A stretch of 64,000 bases of DNA from an uncultured virus (IMG/VR IMGVR_UViG_2822699256_000006) (taxonomy: Duplodnaviria; Heunggongvirae; Uroviricota; Caudoviricetes), in the IMG/VR virus record IMGVR_UViG_2822699256_000006, one strand, 5' to 3'. A program made the position numbers and the translations under genes. Under the pieces are notes generated by a model. It had not been told where the DNA came from and did no database searches. It saw only the letters and a list, made by a program, of their open reading frames with translations. Shown one piece after another: positions 17,013 to 25,310 of the stretch (position 1 is the stretch's first letter; each line of letters begins with the position of its first letter).

Positions 17013-17904
17013 ATGGAAGTAGTGCTAAGTTGATAATTCCAGCACCATATACCTCATCTCGCCCTTGTGCACCAAGGTCTTTAACCATATGTTGTAATAG
17101 TTCATGTACTGCTGAAACGGAAGGTTTCGCACCATTATGTAGTTGTTTATAACGTGCAAGAATAAGTGCGATTGCACCAGATATAATTGGTGTTGCCATT
17201 GATGTTCCAGATAAACGTGCGTAATGCCCTTCTTTATATGTAGATAGGATATTTACACCAGGAGCACAAATTTCATTCTCTATGCCATGATTTGAAAACT
17301 GTGGATGTTGCATGTTTTCATCTACAGCTGATACAGCTATTACTTCATCATATGCAGCCGGATAACAAACCTGACTATTCTCATTTCCTGTAGCTGCTAC
17401 AAATACGATTCCTTGTGCTGTAGCTTGTTTAATGACTTGATATAACACTTCTGGTGGTCGGCTAGATGTTCCTAGACTCATAGAAATAATATCTACTTTA
17501 CGATCTATGGCCCATTTGATACCACGAATCATTGCTTCAAATCCGCCTTTTCCATTGTCGCCTAGTACTTTAGCACAATATAATTCTGCTTTAGGTGCGA
17601 CACCAACCATTCCTATACCATTGTCCATTGCGGCTACAATACCTGCTACATGAGTTCCATGTCCTTGCATATCTTCATATTGGCTAGGTGAATTAGTAAA
17701 GTCTATATACTCTTTCACATTATCTATTAAATCAGGATGATCTTCATCAATACCTGTATCAAGAATAGCAACTTTAATACCTTCCCCTTTAGTTTTCTGC
17801 CAAGCTAATTCCACTCCAATAGCTTTAAGTCCCCAATCAATTAGGTCTTTTCCTATTTCAGGAGATACAACTTGCCTTACTACATAGTCTGCTGCTTTAA
17901 ACAT
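17011..17904 (-). CDS. S8 subtilisin-like serine protease, no signal peptide
   Basis: Catalytic motifs ILDTG, HGTHVAG, GTSMATP; oxyanion AATGN. Confidence 0.95.
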   Translation of the reverse strand: MFKAADYVVRQVVSPEIGKDLIDWGLKAIGVELAWQKTKGEGIKVAILDTGIDEDHPDLIDNVKEYIDFTNSPSQYEDMQGHGTHVAGIVAAMDNGIGMVGVAPKAELYCAKVLGDNGKGGFEAMIRGIKWAIDRKVDIISMSLGTSSRPPEVLYQVIKQATAQGIVFVAATGNENSQVCYPAAYDEVIAVSAVDENMQHPQFSNHGIENEICAPGVNILSTYKEGHYARLSGTSMATPIISGAIALILARYKQLHNGAKPSVSAVHELLQHMVKDLGAQGRDEVYGAGIINLALLP

Positions 17905-17952
17905 TATGGAAATTCCTCCTTGGAATTCCCTGTATCCTTTTTTACTATTTTA

Positions 17953-18414
17953 TCATAGCGCACTATATATTGTTACGGCTAGTTTGGTTAGGGCCATAAG
18001 TATAATGAAAACTATAACCATCCCTATTTCTATTTGCATATTATTCCATAAAGAGTTTTTCTTTTTTCTTATTTTATATTCTTCTTTTGTTTCATTTATT
18101 CTTTGGTCTACATACCTAGTTCCTAGACCTGGTATCGTTGAGCTCGGTGTGCGATTTGTTTCATCTCCTAAGGACTCTAGTAAGTCACTTATGGTATTTA
18201 ATGAAGGTTCAACTGATTGATCTTGAATATTTGCTTCCCTACTACGAGAAAAGCCAACTGGCATCGTACTTCCCATAACATAAGTTGGCGGAGCGGGTCT
18301 ATGCCATGTACGTATACCTTGATTTCTATGCGAATCAGCAGAAAGATGCATACTTAAAAATAAGTTATTTTTTGCTTTAGCATTTAAGTCTAAATAAACT
18401 TTAACTAGCTCCAT
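17953..18414 (-). CDS. Hypothetical protein, MELVKVY N-terminus, C-terminal TM anchor
   Basis: ORF with terminal hydrophobic helix. Confidence 0.65.
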   Translation of the reverse strand: MELVKVYLDLNAKAKNNLFLSMHLSADSHRNQGIRTWHRPAPPTYVMGSTMPVGFSRSREANIQDQSVEPSLNTISDLLESLGDETNRTPSSTIPGLGTRYVDQRINETKEEYKIRKKKNSLWNNMQIEIGMVIVFIILMALTKLAVTIYSAL

Positions 18415-18420
18415 ACTCAA

Positions 18421-18576
18421 TCACACTACAATCTTTTTAATTGAACCGCATGCACTACATACTCTTGTGTGAACTTTTATCCTATATTTTTTAGGACCTT
18501 CCCATTTGCTGTCTACAAATGAATATTCATGTGTTCCTTTTCTCTTACACTTCCAAACTTTAAAGAGCTTTAACAT
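18421..18576 (-). CDS. 51-aa Cys/His zinc-ribbon-like protein (not in ORF track)
   Basis: RBS GGAGG; MLKLFKVWKCKRKGTHEY...RVCSACGSIKKIVV*. Confidence 0.6.
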   Translation of the reverse strand: MLKLFKVWKCKRKGTHEYSFVDSKWEGPKKYRIKVHTRVCSACGSIKKIVV

Positions 18577-19003
18577 ATTGTTCTACCTCCAGCATATTCA
18601 AAAAGTATTGATTATATTTGTTCTTATACTCATGCTGATAAATAACTTTAACTATTCCCACCTGTGCAATATGCTTCGCACAATTTTCGCATGGCATATG
18701 CGTACAATACAACGTACTTCCTTTTAAGTGACTACGATCTGCATTTAAAATAGCATTCATTTCAGCATGAATACATAATATGCATCTGCCTTGATCATTA
18801 AGTAGACATCCATCATCTGTGCAATGTTCTTGATTATGTACACTACCGTTATATCCTGTTCCAATGATTCGATTATCTTTTACAATAACAGCTCCAACCT
18901 TTAACCTATTGCAGGTTGCTCTTTCTGCTACATCTTCTGCCAGCTTCATGAAATACTCATTCCAACTTGCTCTTGATTTATTCCTCTGCTGTATGTTTTT
19001 CAT
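18560..19003 (-). CDS. dCMP deaminase (ComEB-like)
   Basis: SWNEYFM, TCNRLKVGA, GYNG, HAEMNA, PCENC. Confidence 0.9.
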   Translation of the reverse strand: MKNIQQRNKSRASWNEYFMKLAEDVAERATCNRLKVGAVIVKDNRIIGTGYNGSVHNQEHCTDDGCLLNDQGRCILCIHAEMNAILNADRSHLKGSTLYCTHMPCENCAKHIAQVGIVKVIYQHEYKNKYNQYFLNMLEVEQYVKAL

Positions 19004-19229
19004 AACCTAATTCTCCTAACATATATTCAACTGCACCTGACCCTCTTTTCTCCGCTTCAATAGATAAGGCTTCTTCAAACGTAATCATTTTGCAATTTCC
19101 ATCTGTATGTTTTAATAACCATCTTGAAGCAGAAAAGCAGTTCATATTATAAAAAAGAACTCCTTCTTCTAAAGTCCCAATTGCATAATCTTCATCTGGC
19201 TGCTTAGCTATATAATGCATCTTATTCAC
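18978..19229 (-). CDS. Hypothetical protein
   Basis: Operonic ORF. Confidence 0.6.
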   Translation of the reverse strand: MNKMHYIAKQPDEDYAIGTLEEGVLFYNMNCFSASRWLLKHTDGNCKMITFEEALSIEAEKRGSGAVEYMLGELGYEKHTAEE

Positions 19230-19232
19230 TCC

Positions 19233-19478
19233 TTAATACCAAGATGGCTTTTCTCTTGACCAATCCTGATCTGTCGTATGTTTTTGTTCTAAACAATGTT
19301 TGCAGTAGTATATATTCACTTTTTTCCAATGTGTATTCCAGGGGCCTTCTGGTTTGGCAGTTCTAATTGATTCCTGATAGATATATTCGTGTTTACATGG
19401 TGCAGGGGATTTCTTCATTGGACCCGTACGTTTAGGTTTAATTGTCATAGTAGGTTTCTCTAGTGGATTATTAAACAT
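19233..19478 (-). CDS. Small Cys/His zinc-ribbon-like protein
   Basis: CKHEY...YYCKHC; start moved to ATG after GGAG. Confidence 0.65.
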   Translation of the reverse strand: MFNNPLEKPTMTIKPKRTGPMKKSPAPCKHEYIYQESIRTAKPEGPWNTHWKKVNIYYCKHCLEQKHTTDQDWSREKPSWY

Positions 19479-19482
19479 ATTA

Positions 19483-20229
19483 TTATCTCCATTCCATACA
19501 TAAATTTTTAGCTGGACATTTATCACAAGCAAAGGTTTCTCTTGGATAAAACCATCCTTTTTCCATAGATTCTTTTACTAAATCAACTGTTTTATATAAG
19601 CGTTTATAGTCCATTCGTTTCCTTGTAACAAAATGAGTAGTTCCTTTACGAAGAATATGTACTGCTATACTATCTATCTCCTGCTTAAACATAGAATGAT
19701 ATGCCATTGCCATTAGAGTTAAACCCATATCAGTTTTCTGCCAAAAATCATCATATTTACTTTTACCTGTTTTATATACTGCAATTTCAACACCTCTTGC
19801 TGTATCACGTACAACCGGGATGTTTCCTCTAACATAAAAATCATTTCCAAATGGTATGCGAAAATCTAAATTGGATGCTAAGACTTGATCTGGCTCATAT
19901 CTTTGCTGTCGGTAGAAGGTATATAGCATATCAATTGCTTCTAATTCTTTTTTTCTTTGTTCAGCTTTGCCGCCTACATGTATATCATATATATCTAGAT
20001 TTCCATACCAGATACTACTTAACTTTTCTTTTAGCTCATCGAATCCTAATTGTGTTCCGCCTTTTAAGTGAAAATAATAATAATTCAATACAGATTGTAT
20101 ACTTTCTCGAATACCATCATTTGCTGTAATCTTTTTGCAAACTTTATCAATCTCTGTAAATTTAAACCGTAATGGACAAGATTTAAAGTCATACAAATCC
20201 GCTACTGTTATCTCAAATTGTTTACTCAT
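19483..20229 (-). CDS. PD-(D/E)XK (AddB/Cas4-like) fold protein, apparently catalytically degenerate
   Basis: CPLRF and CDKCPAKNLC Fe-S cysteines; GNIPVV and IAVYKTG in place of G.ID and DYKTG. Confidence 0.75.
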   Translation of the reverse strand: MSKQFEITVADLYDFKSCPLRFKFTEIDKVCKKITANDGIRESIQSVLNYYYFHLKGGTQLGFDELKEKLSSIWYGNLDIYDIHVGGKAEQRKKELEAIDMLYTFYRQQRYEPDQVLASNLDFRIPFGNDFYVRGNIPVVRDTARGVEIAVYKTGKSKYDDFWQKTDMGLTLMAMAYHSMFKQEIDSIAVHILRKGTTHFVTRKRMDYKRLYKTVDLVKESMEKGWFYPRETFACDKCPAKNLCMEWR

Positions 20230-20335
20230 ATAAACCATCCTTTGACTTGTCTACTATTTTTCCTTTTTAATGATTGGTTTATATTGTTAGCATATTTCTT
20301 ATCATGTGCATTAAGCACTGCTTTCTGATATGGTC

Positions 20336-20431
20336 TTAGACCTTTAGGAAAAATGCTTCTATAAATGAATTTTCTATTTCTGCATAGGTATTATTTATAC
20401 TTTTATTAATATAACAAGAAACTAGCTCCAT
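20336..20431 (-). pseudogene. Truncated MELVSCY-tagged ORF (31 aa) with coding-like continuation in another frame
   Basis: RBS AAGGGAG; MELVSCYINKS...; alternate frame reads YLCRNRKF...LRPYQKAVL...GWFI* to ~20228. Confidence 0.45.
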
Positions 20432-20445
20432 ATATTTTCTCCCTT

Positions 20446-20754
20446 TTATTCATCATCATTAAACTCATCGAACCAAAATGCTTGCGCCGTTAAACCTCTT
20501 GCGCCTGCCTGTCTTGCTTCACGCATTGTTCTAATAGAGCTTTCATTACTAAGACGAAGAGATGAGTTCGCTCTCTCCTGAGGAGTTGCACCTAGTGTGT
20601 ATATCGGTGAACGCTCTCTACTTACTGAATACGATATAGGATCTATTGTACCAATCACTTTACCATTAAAGGTTGCTACTATATCTGCACCCCGGAAAGT
20701 TACTTTTTCTCTTTTCTTTTCTTGAATAGCAATTATTTGTTGTACTAATTCCAT
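20446..20754 (-). CDS. MELV-tagged protein containing a tail-tube-like segment
   Basis: TFRGADIVATFNGKVIGTIDPISYSVSRERSPIYTLG; C-term ARGLTAQAFWFDE; start uncertain (20754 or 20769). Confidence 0.65.
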   Translation of the reverse strand: MELVQQIIAIQEKKREKVTFRGADIVATFNGKVIGTIDPISYSVSRERSPIYTLGATPQERANSSLRLSNESSIRTMREARQAGARGLTAQAFWFDEFNDDE

Positions 20755-21038
20755 TGAACAATTACACACTCCTCTGGAGGATAGAATCTATTAATCTTAT
20801 TTACTGAAAAATCAACTCTAATACTATAACGATAAGCACGTATAATTACTTGAAAATAGCTATCTAAACCTCTATTAATCACTTCTTCTCTTATTCTGCT
20901 TTTCATCTTATAAATGGTTTGATCTGAGAATGCGCTATAAAGAAAATCTTTTCGTATATCCTCTAATAACGATTCCAGTGTAATGTATGGAATAAATCTA
21001 TCTTTGTGAATTCGATTATATCTTCTTATTAAATCCAT
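20745..21038 (-). CDS. Hypothetical protein, MDLIRRY N-terminus
   Basis: RBS AAGGGTG. Confidence 0.7.
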   Translation of the reverse strand: MDLIRRYNRIHKDRFIPYITLESLLEDIRKDFLYSAFSDQTIYKMKSRIREEVINRGLDSYFQVIIRAYRYSIRVDFSVNKINRFYPPEECVIVQWN

Positions 21039-21048
21039 GCAATCACCC

Positions 21049-21231
21049 TTATGCTGCTAGTGGAAGTCCACTATATTTTTTGATATGTGTAATACGTAAA
21101 TATTTATTAATTAACTCTTGTGGTTTAGCTTGCTTACTCGTAATTACTGCTTCTGTGATATAGTTACTTTTAAAGCGCCATTTCATGCTAGTAAGCGGTT
21201 TGCGTTGTTTATAACGAGAAACTAATTCCAT
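21049..21231 (-). CDS. 60-aa protein with two copies of the ELxxxY motif
   Basis: MELVSRY... and PQELINKYL; RBS AAAGGATG. Confidence 0.7.
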   Translation of the reverse strand: MELVSRYKQRKPLTSMKWRFKSNYITEAVITSKQAKPQELINKYLRITHIKKYSGLPLAA

Positions 21232-21286
21232 GCAGAATCATCCTTTATTATTCTTTAGTTTTCTATCAATATCTTTATTATACAAT

Positions 21287-21326
21287 AAAAAAGAGAGGAT
21301 ATCCTCTCTTTTTGAAATGCATTACA
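21287..21326 (-). terminator. Terminator after nrdF with adjacent operator-like site
   Basis: AAAAAGAGAGG-ATAT-CCTCTCTTTTT hairpin; TGAAATGCATTACA at 21313-21326. Confidence 0.75.
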
Positions 21327-22301
21327 TTATTTGTCGAAGTTGAATACAAAGTCATCATCTGTTAATTTTTCTACGTTTGTAGCCTTTACATATCCGTTCC
21401 CTTTTACAGAGAAGAAGTCGTGATTCTTTGTATCTGTACGCAAACCATTTAGAACAATTGGATTAATCTCTTCTTCTTTGAAGTATGATTCTAAACCTAA
21501 GTTCATAAGGGCTTTATTTGCATTATATCTAACAAAAGCATTCACATCATCTACTAAGTTAATAGGCGTATAGATTTCTTCCGTATAAGCCAGCTCAATT
21601 TCATACAGTTCAAGCAATAGGTCCATTGTTTCTTTTCGTACTTCTCTTTGTTCTTCCGACTCCATTTGAGAAAATAATTGCTGCGCTAGTATGCCAACGA
21701 ATACTCCGTGAATGCTTTCATCACGTAAAATTAAGTTAATAATTTCACCACTAGCAGTCATTTTTCCTTGGCCAGCTAAATAAAGCGGATAGAAGAAACC
21801 ACTATAGAATAAATAACTTTCTAGGAATACGCTTGCTACCATTGCCATGTATAACTCTTTTTTCGTTACTTCAGGCTTTAATAAGCGACGATAATATCCA
21901 GTAATTATTTCTGCCTTTTTTGTTAGCAGCGGGTGTTGATCTACCCATTCAAAGATATCATCAATTTCTTCTTCGGTTGCTAACGTTGTGAAAATATGAC
22001 TGTAACTCTTCGCATGTACTTCTTCCATAGCACCCATAAAAGCTAATACACTTTTCGCCTGTAGGTTTTCAAGATGAACAAGTACAAGTGGCATCCCTTC
22101 GCCACCTTGCTTCGTATCTAAAAGTGTTAAACCACCTAATACACGCTTGTAAGCTGTTTGTTCTTCTGCAGAGAGATGAACCCAAGTGTTTTTATCTGTG
22201 GAAACAGCAATCTCTTCTTCTGTCCAAAACTGAGATATATTTTGTTTCCAAAACATTAAACTAAATTCGTCTTCTTTTTTGTTCCAGTTAACTGCTTGCA
22301 T
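21327..22301 (-). CDS. nrdF: Class Ib ribonucleotide reductase beta subunit
   Basis: LTLLDT, MEEVHAKSY, LESYLFYSGF, RDESIHG, HDFFSVKGNGY. Confidence 0.95.
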   Translation of the reverse strand: MQAVNWNKKEDEFSLMFWKQNISQFWTEEEIAVSTDKNTWVHLSAEEQTAYKRVLGGLTLLDTKQGGEGMPLVLVHLENLQAKSVLAFMGAMEEVHAKSYSHIFTTLATEEEIDDIFEWVDQHPLLTKKAEIITGYYRRLLKPEVTKKELYMAMVASVFLESYLFYSGFFYPLYLAGQGKMTASGEIINLILRDESIHGVFVGILAQQLFSQMESEEQREVRKETMDLLLELYEIELAYTEEIYTPINLVDDVNAFVRYNANKALMNLGLESYFKEEEINPIVLNGLRTDTKNHDFFSVKGNGYVKATNVEKLTDDDFVFNFDK

Positions 22302-22319
22302 TCCTTTATCCCTCTTTCT

Positions 22320-24404
22320 TTAGACCGCACAAGATGTGCATTCTTCTACGCTTAGTTTTCTTGTTCTTGTGTAATATAAACTTTTTAATCCTTTTTTGTG
22401 AGCATATATATAATAGCGTGCTAATTCTTTAGTTGAAACATCACTATTAACATATAAGATTGAACTGATCCCCTGGTCAATATGATCTTGGACCTCTGCA
22501 ATTAAATCTATTAGCTTGAATTGGTTAATATCATATGCTGATTTGTAATACCAGAATGTATCTTTAGATAAATATGGCATCGGGTAATATGTCGTTGCAT
22601 TTGCATATGTTCTTGACTCAATGTGATTCACAATAGGCATTACACTTGATGTTGCATTCTGAATATAACTGATAGATTGCGTAGGAGCCAAAGCGAGTCT
22701 ATAGGCATTAAATAGACCATGCTTTTGAACCAGATGTTTAAGTGCTGTCCAATCCTCTTGAGATGGGATAGCAATACCCTCAAACAGGTTTTTAACTTTT
22801 TCAGTTTTAGGCTTGTAATCTGTTGTTTCGTATTTTGTAAAATACGTACCTTTTGCATATTCAGACTTATTAAAGTCTTTAAAGGTTTCTCCTTTTTCTT
22901 TAGCAATGAACATACTTTTCTCAATAGAATAATAGTTCATCATCATAAAGAATGTACGGGCAAAGTCTTTCGCTTCTTCGCTTTCATAAGAAATCTTATT
23001 CTTAGCAAGGTATCCGTGTAAATTCATAGCACCCAGTCCAACTGAATGCAACTCATCATTTGCCTTCTTAACTGTTGGAGCATTTTCTATTACAGTCATT
23101 TCTGAAACTGAAGTTAAAGCTTCCATACCAGCGTGTACTGCTTCACGAATTTCTTTATTCTCCATTACGTTTACGATATTTAATGACCCTAAATTACAGT
23201 TAATATCACGGCGGATAACGTCAGGTGTACCATAATCATTTATTTCTGATGTTTCTTGCAGCTGAAAGATTTCCGAACAAAGATTAGACATTTTTACGCT
23301 TCCTATATCTTTTAATGGATGCTGTTCATTTGCATTTGATTTAAACATTAGATACGGATATCCTGATTCTAATTGGATCATGGCAATTTTAATAAGCATG
23401 TCACGAGCAGTAATATCCAGTTGCTTTTTCTTTACATTTGGATTAGCTACCAACTCTTCATACATTTCATCAATATCCATGTCATCCAAATGCTTCCCAT
23501 ACTCTTTATATACAGTGGATGGAGCAAACACATATAATGGTTTATTTTCTTCTGCTAGTTCAAAAAACTTACTTGGCACGATGATACCAATAGATAAAGA
23601 TTGAATACGATTCTTCTCATCGGCATTTATTTTCTTGGTTTCGAGATATTCAATAATATCCCAATGGAAAATGTTTAAGTATACTGCGCCGGCACCTTTT
23701 CGTTGGCCAAGCTGATTAGCATATGAAAATGAATCTTCTAATAGCTTCATTACCGGAATAACACCACTAGCAGCATTATCAATTCCTTTGATTTGCTCAC
23801 CACGTGCACGTAGTTTAGATAAGTTTAAGGCTACACCTCCACCAATTTTGGACAACTGCATAGCTGTATTGATATTAAAACCAATTGCGTTTAAGCTATC
23901 ATCTAATTCTAATAAGAAGCACGAAACCATCTCACCTCTGCGACTTTTACCAGCATTCAAAAAGGTTGGTGTCGCTGGTTGGTAGTTTTGTTTAATCATC
24001 ATATTAGCTAATGTAATAGCTTTCTCTAAATCTCCTCTGCCTAAATACAAGGCAACAATTGCTACACGATCTTCATAGCTTTCTAAATATTGTTTTTGGT
24101 CATTTGTTTTTAATGCATAATCTTTAAAGAACTTGGATGCTGCCATGTATGATTGGAACTTAAAACCTGCACTATTAATAATTTTGTAGATATGTAAAAT
24201 TTGCTTCATTGTGTATTCTTTTAAAACATCATAGTAATAATCATTTTGAATCATATAAGTGATTCTTTCAGGAATACTTTTAAACTGAATTGTTTTACTC
24301 TCTGCTTCCTTCATAAATGCAACTAAAGCTTCTTGATCCTTTTCTAACTGATAAAAACCATTCTTCTTTTGCGTTATTTCATTATTTAACTCTATATGTT
24401 GCAA
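22320..24404 (-). CDS. nrdE: Class Ib ribonucleotide reductase alpha subunit
   Basis: PATPTFLNAG, SCFLL, SNLCSEI, CNLGS, LKSLYY, C-terminal CTSC. Confidence 0.95.
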   Translation of the reverse strand: MQHIELNNEITQKKNGFYQLEKDQEALVAFMKEAESKTIQFKSIPERITYMIQNDYYYDVLKEYTMKQILHIYKIINSAGFKFQSYMAASKFFKDYALKTNDQKQYLESYEDRVAIVALYLGRGDLEKAITLANMMIKQNYQPATPTFLNAGKSRRGEMVSCFLLELDDSLNAIGFNINTAMQLSKIGGGVALNLSKLRARGEQIKGIDNAASGVIPVMKLLEDSFSYANQLGQRKGAGAVYLNIFHWDIIEYLETKKINADEKNRIQSLSIGIIVPSKFFELAEENKPLYVFAPSTVYKEYGKHLDDMDIDEMYEELVANPNVKKKQLDITARDMLIKIAMIQLESGYPYLMFKSNANEQHPLKDIGSVKMSNLCSEIFQLQETSEINDYGTPDVIRRDINCNLGSLNIVNVMENKEIREAVHAGMEALTSVSEMTVIENAPTVKKANDELHSVGLGAMNLHGYLAKNKISYESEEAKDFARTFFMMMNYYSIEKSMFIAKEKGETFKDFNKSEYAKGTYFTKYETTDYKPKTEKVKNLFEGIAIPSQEDWTALKHLVQKHGLFNAYRLALAPTQSISYIQNATSSVMPIVNHIESRTYANATTYYPMPYLSKDTFWYYKSAYDINQFKLIDLIAEVQDHIDQGISSILYVNSDVSTKELARYYIYAHKKGLKSLYYTRTRKLSVEECTSCAV

Positions 24405-24452
24405 TTTAGAGCACCTCTCTCTTATGTGTATGTAATTTATGATTATTTACTT

Positions 24453-24466
24453 TGTAATGCATTTCT
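24453..24466. promoter_or_regulatory. Operator-like site TGTAATGCATTTCT upstream of nrdE
   Basis: 6 nt downstream of minus-strand TATAAT. Confidence 0.65.
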
Positions 24467-24512
24467 TTATTAATTATAGTTTTAGGAACTTTAAAACACA
24501 AGATACACAAAT

Positions 24513-24549
24513 AAAAAATGCTCCCTATACTGTATATAGAGAGCATTTG
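24513..24549 (-). terminator. Intrinsic terminator after holin
   Basis: AAATGCTC.CTATA/TATAG.GAGCATTT stem + T-run. Confidence 0.65.
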
Positions 24550-24553
24550 AGTG

Positions 24554-24799
24554 TTAGTCTTTTTTTCTTTTTGCAACCATCACTTGGAATGATTCAACAT
24601 GCTCTGGATTCACAAGTACACCACTAAATGTAAGTAATGCTAATAAACTATTTACGGCTCCCATGACTTTTGCAACTGTATCTTGCGGCAGCTCATAGCC
24701 AAACAATGTTGCTAATGATTGTATAAAGATTAATGTAGCGGATGCAATACCACTCCAAAATACAGTGGTTTTAAGCTTCTTTTTCGTTGTGTCCTTCAT
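24554..24799 (-). CDS. Phage holin
   Basis: KLKTTVFWSGI...two TM helices...GVLVNP; RBS GGGAGG. Confidence 0.75.
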   Translation of the reverse strand: MKDTTKKKLKTTVFWSGIASATLIFIQSLATLFGYELPQDTVAKVMGAVNSLLALLTFSGVLVNPEHVESFQVMVAKRKKD

Positions 24800-25310
24800 T
24801 GTATAATTCCTCCCAATTAATATGTACATAAGGCATACGTGCTACTGCAAATGCTTGAGCTAACTCATATTCCGCTGTGCCAGGCTTCGCATCTAACAAT
24901 GGAGATGCACCTTTATCACCGTTATGAGCTTCAACAGCTCGCATCATGTTTTCCCATAAGCCTTGTTGAACTTCTTCATTCATTCCTCGATTTTCTAAAT
25001 AAGTTCGAACCGCAACAGTATGTAGGCTTTTCATATCATCCTCAAATTCATTGAACATGATATCGCATAATAAAGTTGTTCCTAATAGTGCTTCACGAAC
25101 AGTACCAACCACTTGACGCTGCTCTAAGAAACCACGAAGAATATAGAAAGCTTTCTTTGTATATTCCATTAGTTCTTCATCGTTGTGAAAACTATCTGGA
25201 GCAACTGCTAAAGAGTTGTAAAAGAATGCTTGTAAACTTGCATCCTTAATTTGTTCTAGTTCTTTCTTAAAGTAATCTAATGCCTTTGGCTTGTTTGTCA
25301 TGTCCTTCAT
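24771..25310 (-). CDS. Degenerate HD-domain-like protein
   Basis: FKKELEQIKD...APDSF...LLCDI (HD position)...H...VEAHNG pattern. Confidence 0.5.
   Translation of the reverse strand: MKDMTNKPKALDYFKKELEQIKDASLQAFFYNSLAVAPDSFHNDEELMEYTKKAFYILRGFLEQRQVVGTVREALLGTTLLCDIMFNEFEDDMKSLHTVAVRTYLENRGMNEEVQQGLWENMMRAVEAHNGDKGASPLLDAKPGTAEYELAQAFAVARMPYVHINWEELYNEGHNEKEA

Noticed and set aside
21327..22301. Metal-free class Ie RNR
   Set aside because: All canonical carboxylate/His ligands and the radical Tyr are present
9677..24404. Inteins or introns in dnaE, nrdE, nrdF
   Set aside because: ORFs are continuous with normal conserved motifs and no C...HN splice signature or homing endonuclease
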